The notes under the pieces were generated by a model that was not told the DNA's origin, made no database searches, and worked only from the letters and a program-made list of their open reading frames with translations. The translations under genes were made by a program, and so were the position numbers. A stretch of DNA of 47,554 bases, the filler included, from Jimgerdemannia flammicorona (lineage: Eukaryota): the NCBI GenBank assembly GCA_003990765.1. It is 2 parts of 2 records of this genome, joined end to end, with 100 filler letters (N's around TTAATTAATTAA, not from the genome) between each part and the next. Parts side by side here need not be neighbours in the genome. Positions count along the whole stretch, not along the records: positions 23,829 to 47,554 come from RBNJ01001073.1; 1 more part is not named here. The stretch is one strand, 5' to 3'. Shown in pieces: positions 46,515 through 47,554 of the stretch (position 1 is the stretch's first letter; the number at the start of each line of letters is the position of its first letter).

Positions 46515-47554
46515 GGGGGATAAAATTCTTGTACTGTCTCTTTGTTTTGCGAAGTGTATCATAAGCTTGTTTTCAGATTGTTGATATATTCTATTACGTT
46601 TCTGTATATTATTTTTGATTTCAAATATCTTTATGTCATGCAGTTTTTTCTTCTTCTGTCATTTCTGTTCGAGCGACATACTTTCTTGACGGTTCACCCC
46701 TTCTTTGAGCTCGTCGAAGCGATCAAAATGATATGCTTGACATCGTCTTTCAATCTCGATCAAGCCGCTAACACGGCGACACGGCGAGCCCCGACCGCTA
46801 CGATTATAGAGCGGAGCTCAAAACAGATAATCTGAGTGCGAACACAAGACGAGAGTGACCATTTGCCTGCATGAAACCCGCGGTGGCTTTTTATCTCGCG
46901 TTAACCAAAATTACTCTTTTTGGATTTTGACAAGGACACTCAGGGAGATTTTAACTTCCTTTGTGCTTTTTCTGCCGTGGCTGGACTCCTGTTGAGTCAA
47001 GTATTTATTGCTCAGGTTTATTCCACATTAAGCGATCAGCAGTCTCCATCCACACAGCCAAGACGATCGATGGTGTTGCCGATAACATATATGTATCTCT
47101 ACTGGCAGAACCATCCCACCGTGTAAAAATGTGTGAGAAAATGAATAGATATATCATGGAAACGGTCAGACAGTTGCGCAGGCGGTAGAAATGGGTACAT
47201 CTTCAAATAGCCTAGAAGATAAAAACAGAGTGTTATTCACTACAACAAAAGAAAAGAAAAGCAACGAAGAAATAATATAATCATTCAATAGATGGCGCTA
47301 TACATCCGCTGTATCGTAGCCTGGGTACAAGCGCGTCCATCGAATATTCCTCTTCCGATGAGATAACCAAATCTTAATGTTATCTCACATGATGATGCAA
47401 ATGTCAGCTCGGGTAATTTTGCCACAATGTCAACGGGTTCCTTGTCATCAAAGCTTGTTGAAAGTGCATGCCATTACGAGACGAATTGAAATGTCTTTTG
47501 TTGATTCGCAACTACCTAGTCTTGAGTCAAATGTTGACTTGAGCCACTTTTTTT

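Noticed and set aside
1..47554. tRNA/rRNA genes or prokaryotic defence systems
   Set aside because: No cloverleaf, rRNA-like or operon structure recognised by eye; introns and TE content show a eukaryotic locus. tRNAscan-SE/Infernal were not run.

Overview
This is eukaryotic, almost certainly fungal, genomic DNA. The gene repertoire suggests an early-diverging fungus such as Endogonales/Mucoromycota, but that is inference only. The left half (1-26.4 kb) is a nested transposon graveyard. It holds a young hAT/BED DNA-transposon 5' end; an L1/Tx1-like LINE with a second LINE nested in its RT; two LINE ORF1 fragments fused tail-to-tail; and a full-length 10.4-kb Ty3/Gypsy element with an ATAG TSD, a Cys/His-rich insert, a dUTPase and an extra 3' ORF. 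It also holds a heavily mutated second hAT copy interrupted by a 1.54-kb TA-flanked foldback element, a Ty1/Copia 3' end, an artificial scaffold gap and a second Gypsy 3' end. The right half (26.4-47.5 kb) is CpG-rich genic DNA with three intronless F-box(-LRR) genes, an alpha-arrestin gene, a CE2-like SGNH esterase pseudogene and a full-length LINE (17-bp TSD) carrying a nested copy of its own 3' end. The two strongest signals are (1) repeat-restricted C->T/G->A hypermutation enriched at CpA/TpG as well as CpG (RIP-like), visible by aligning the two hAT copies, and (2) a Gypsy lineage with dUTPase plus a non-env ORF3 family shared by two distinct elements here. All alignments and counts were done by eye.
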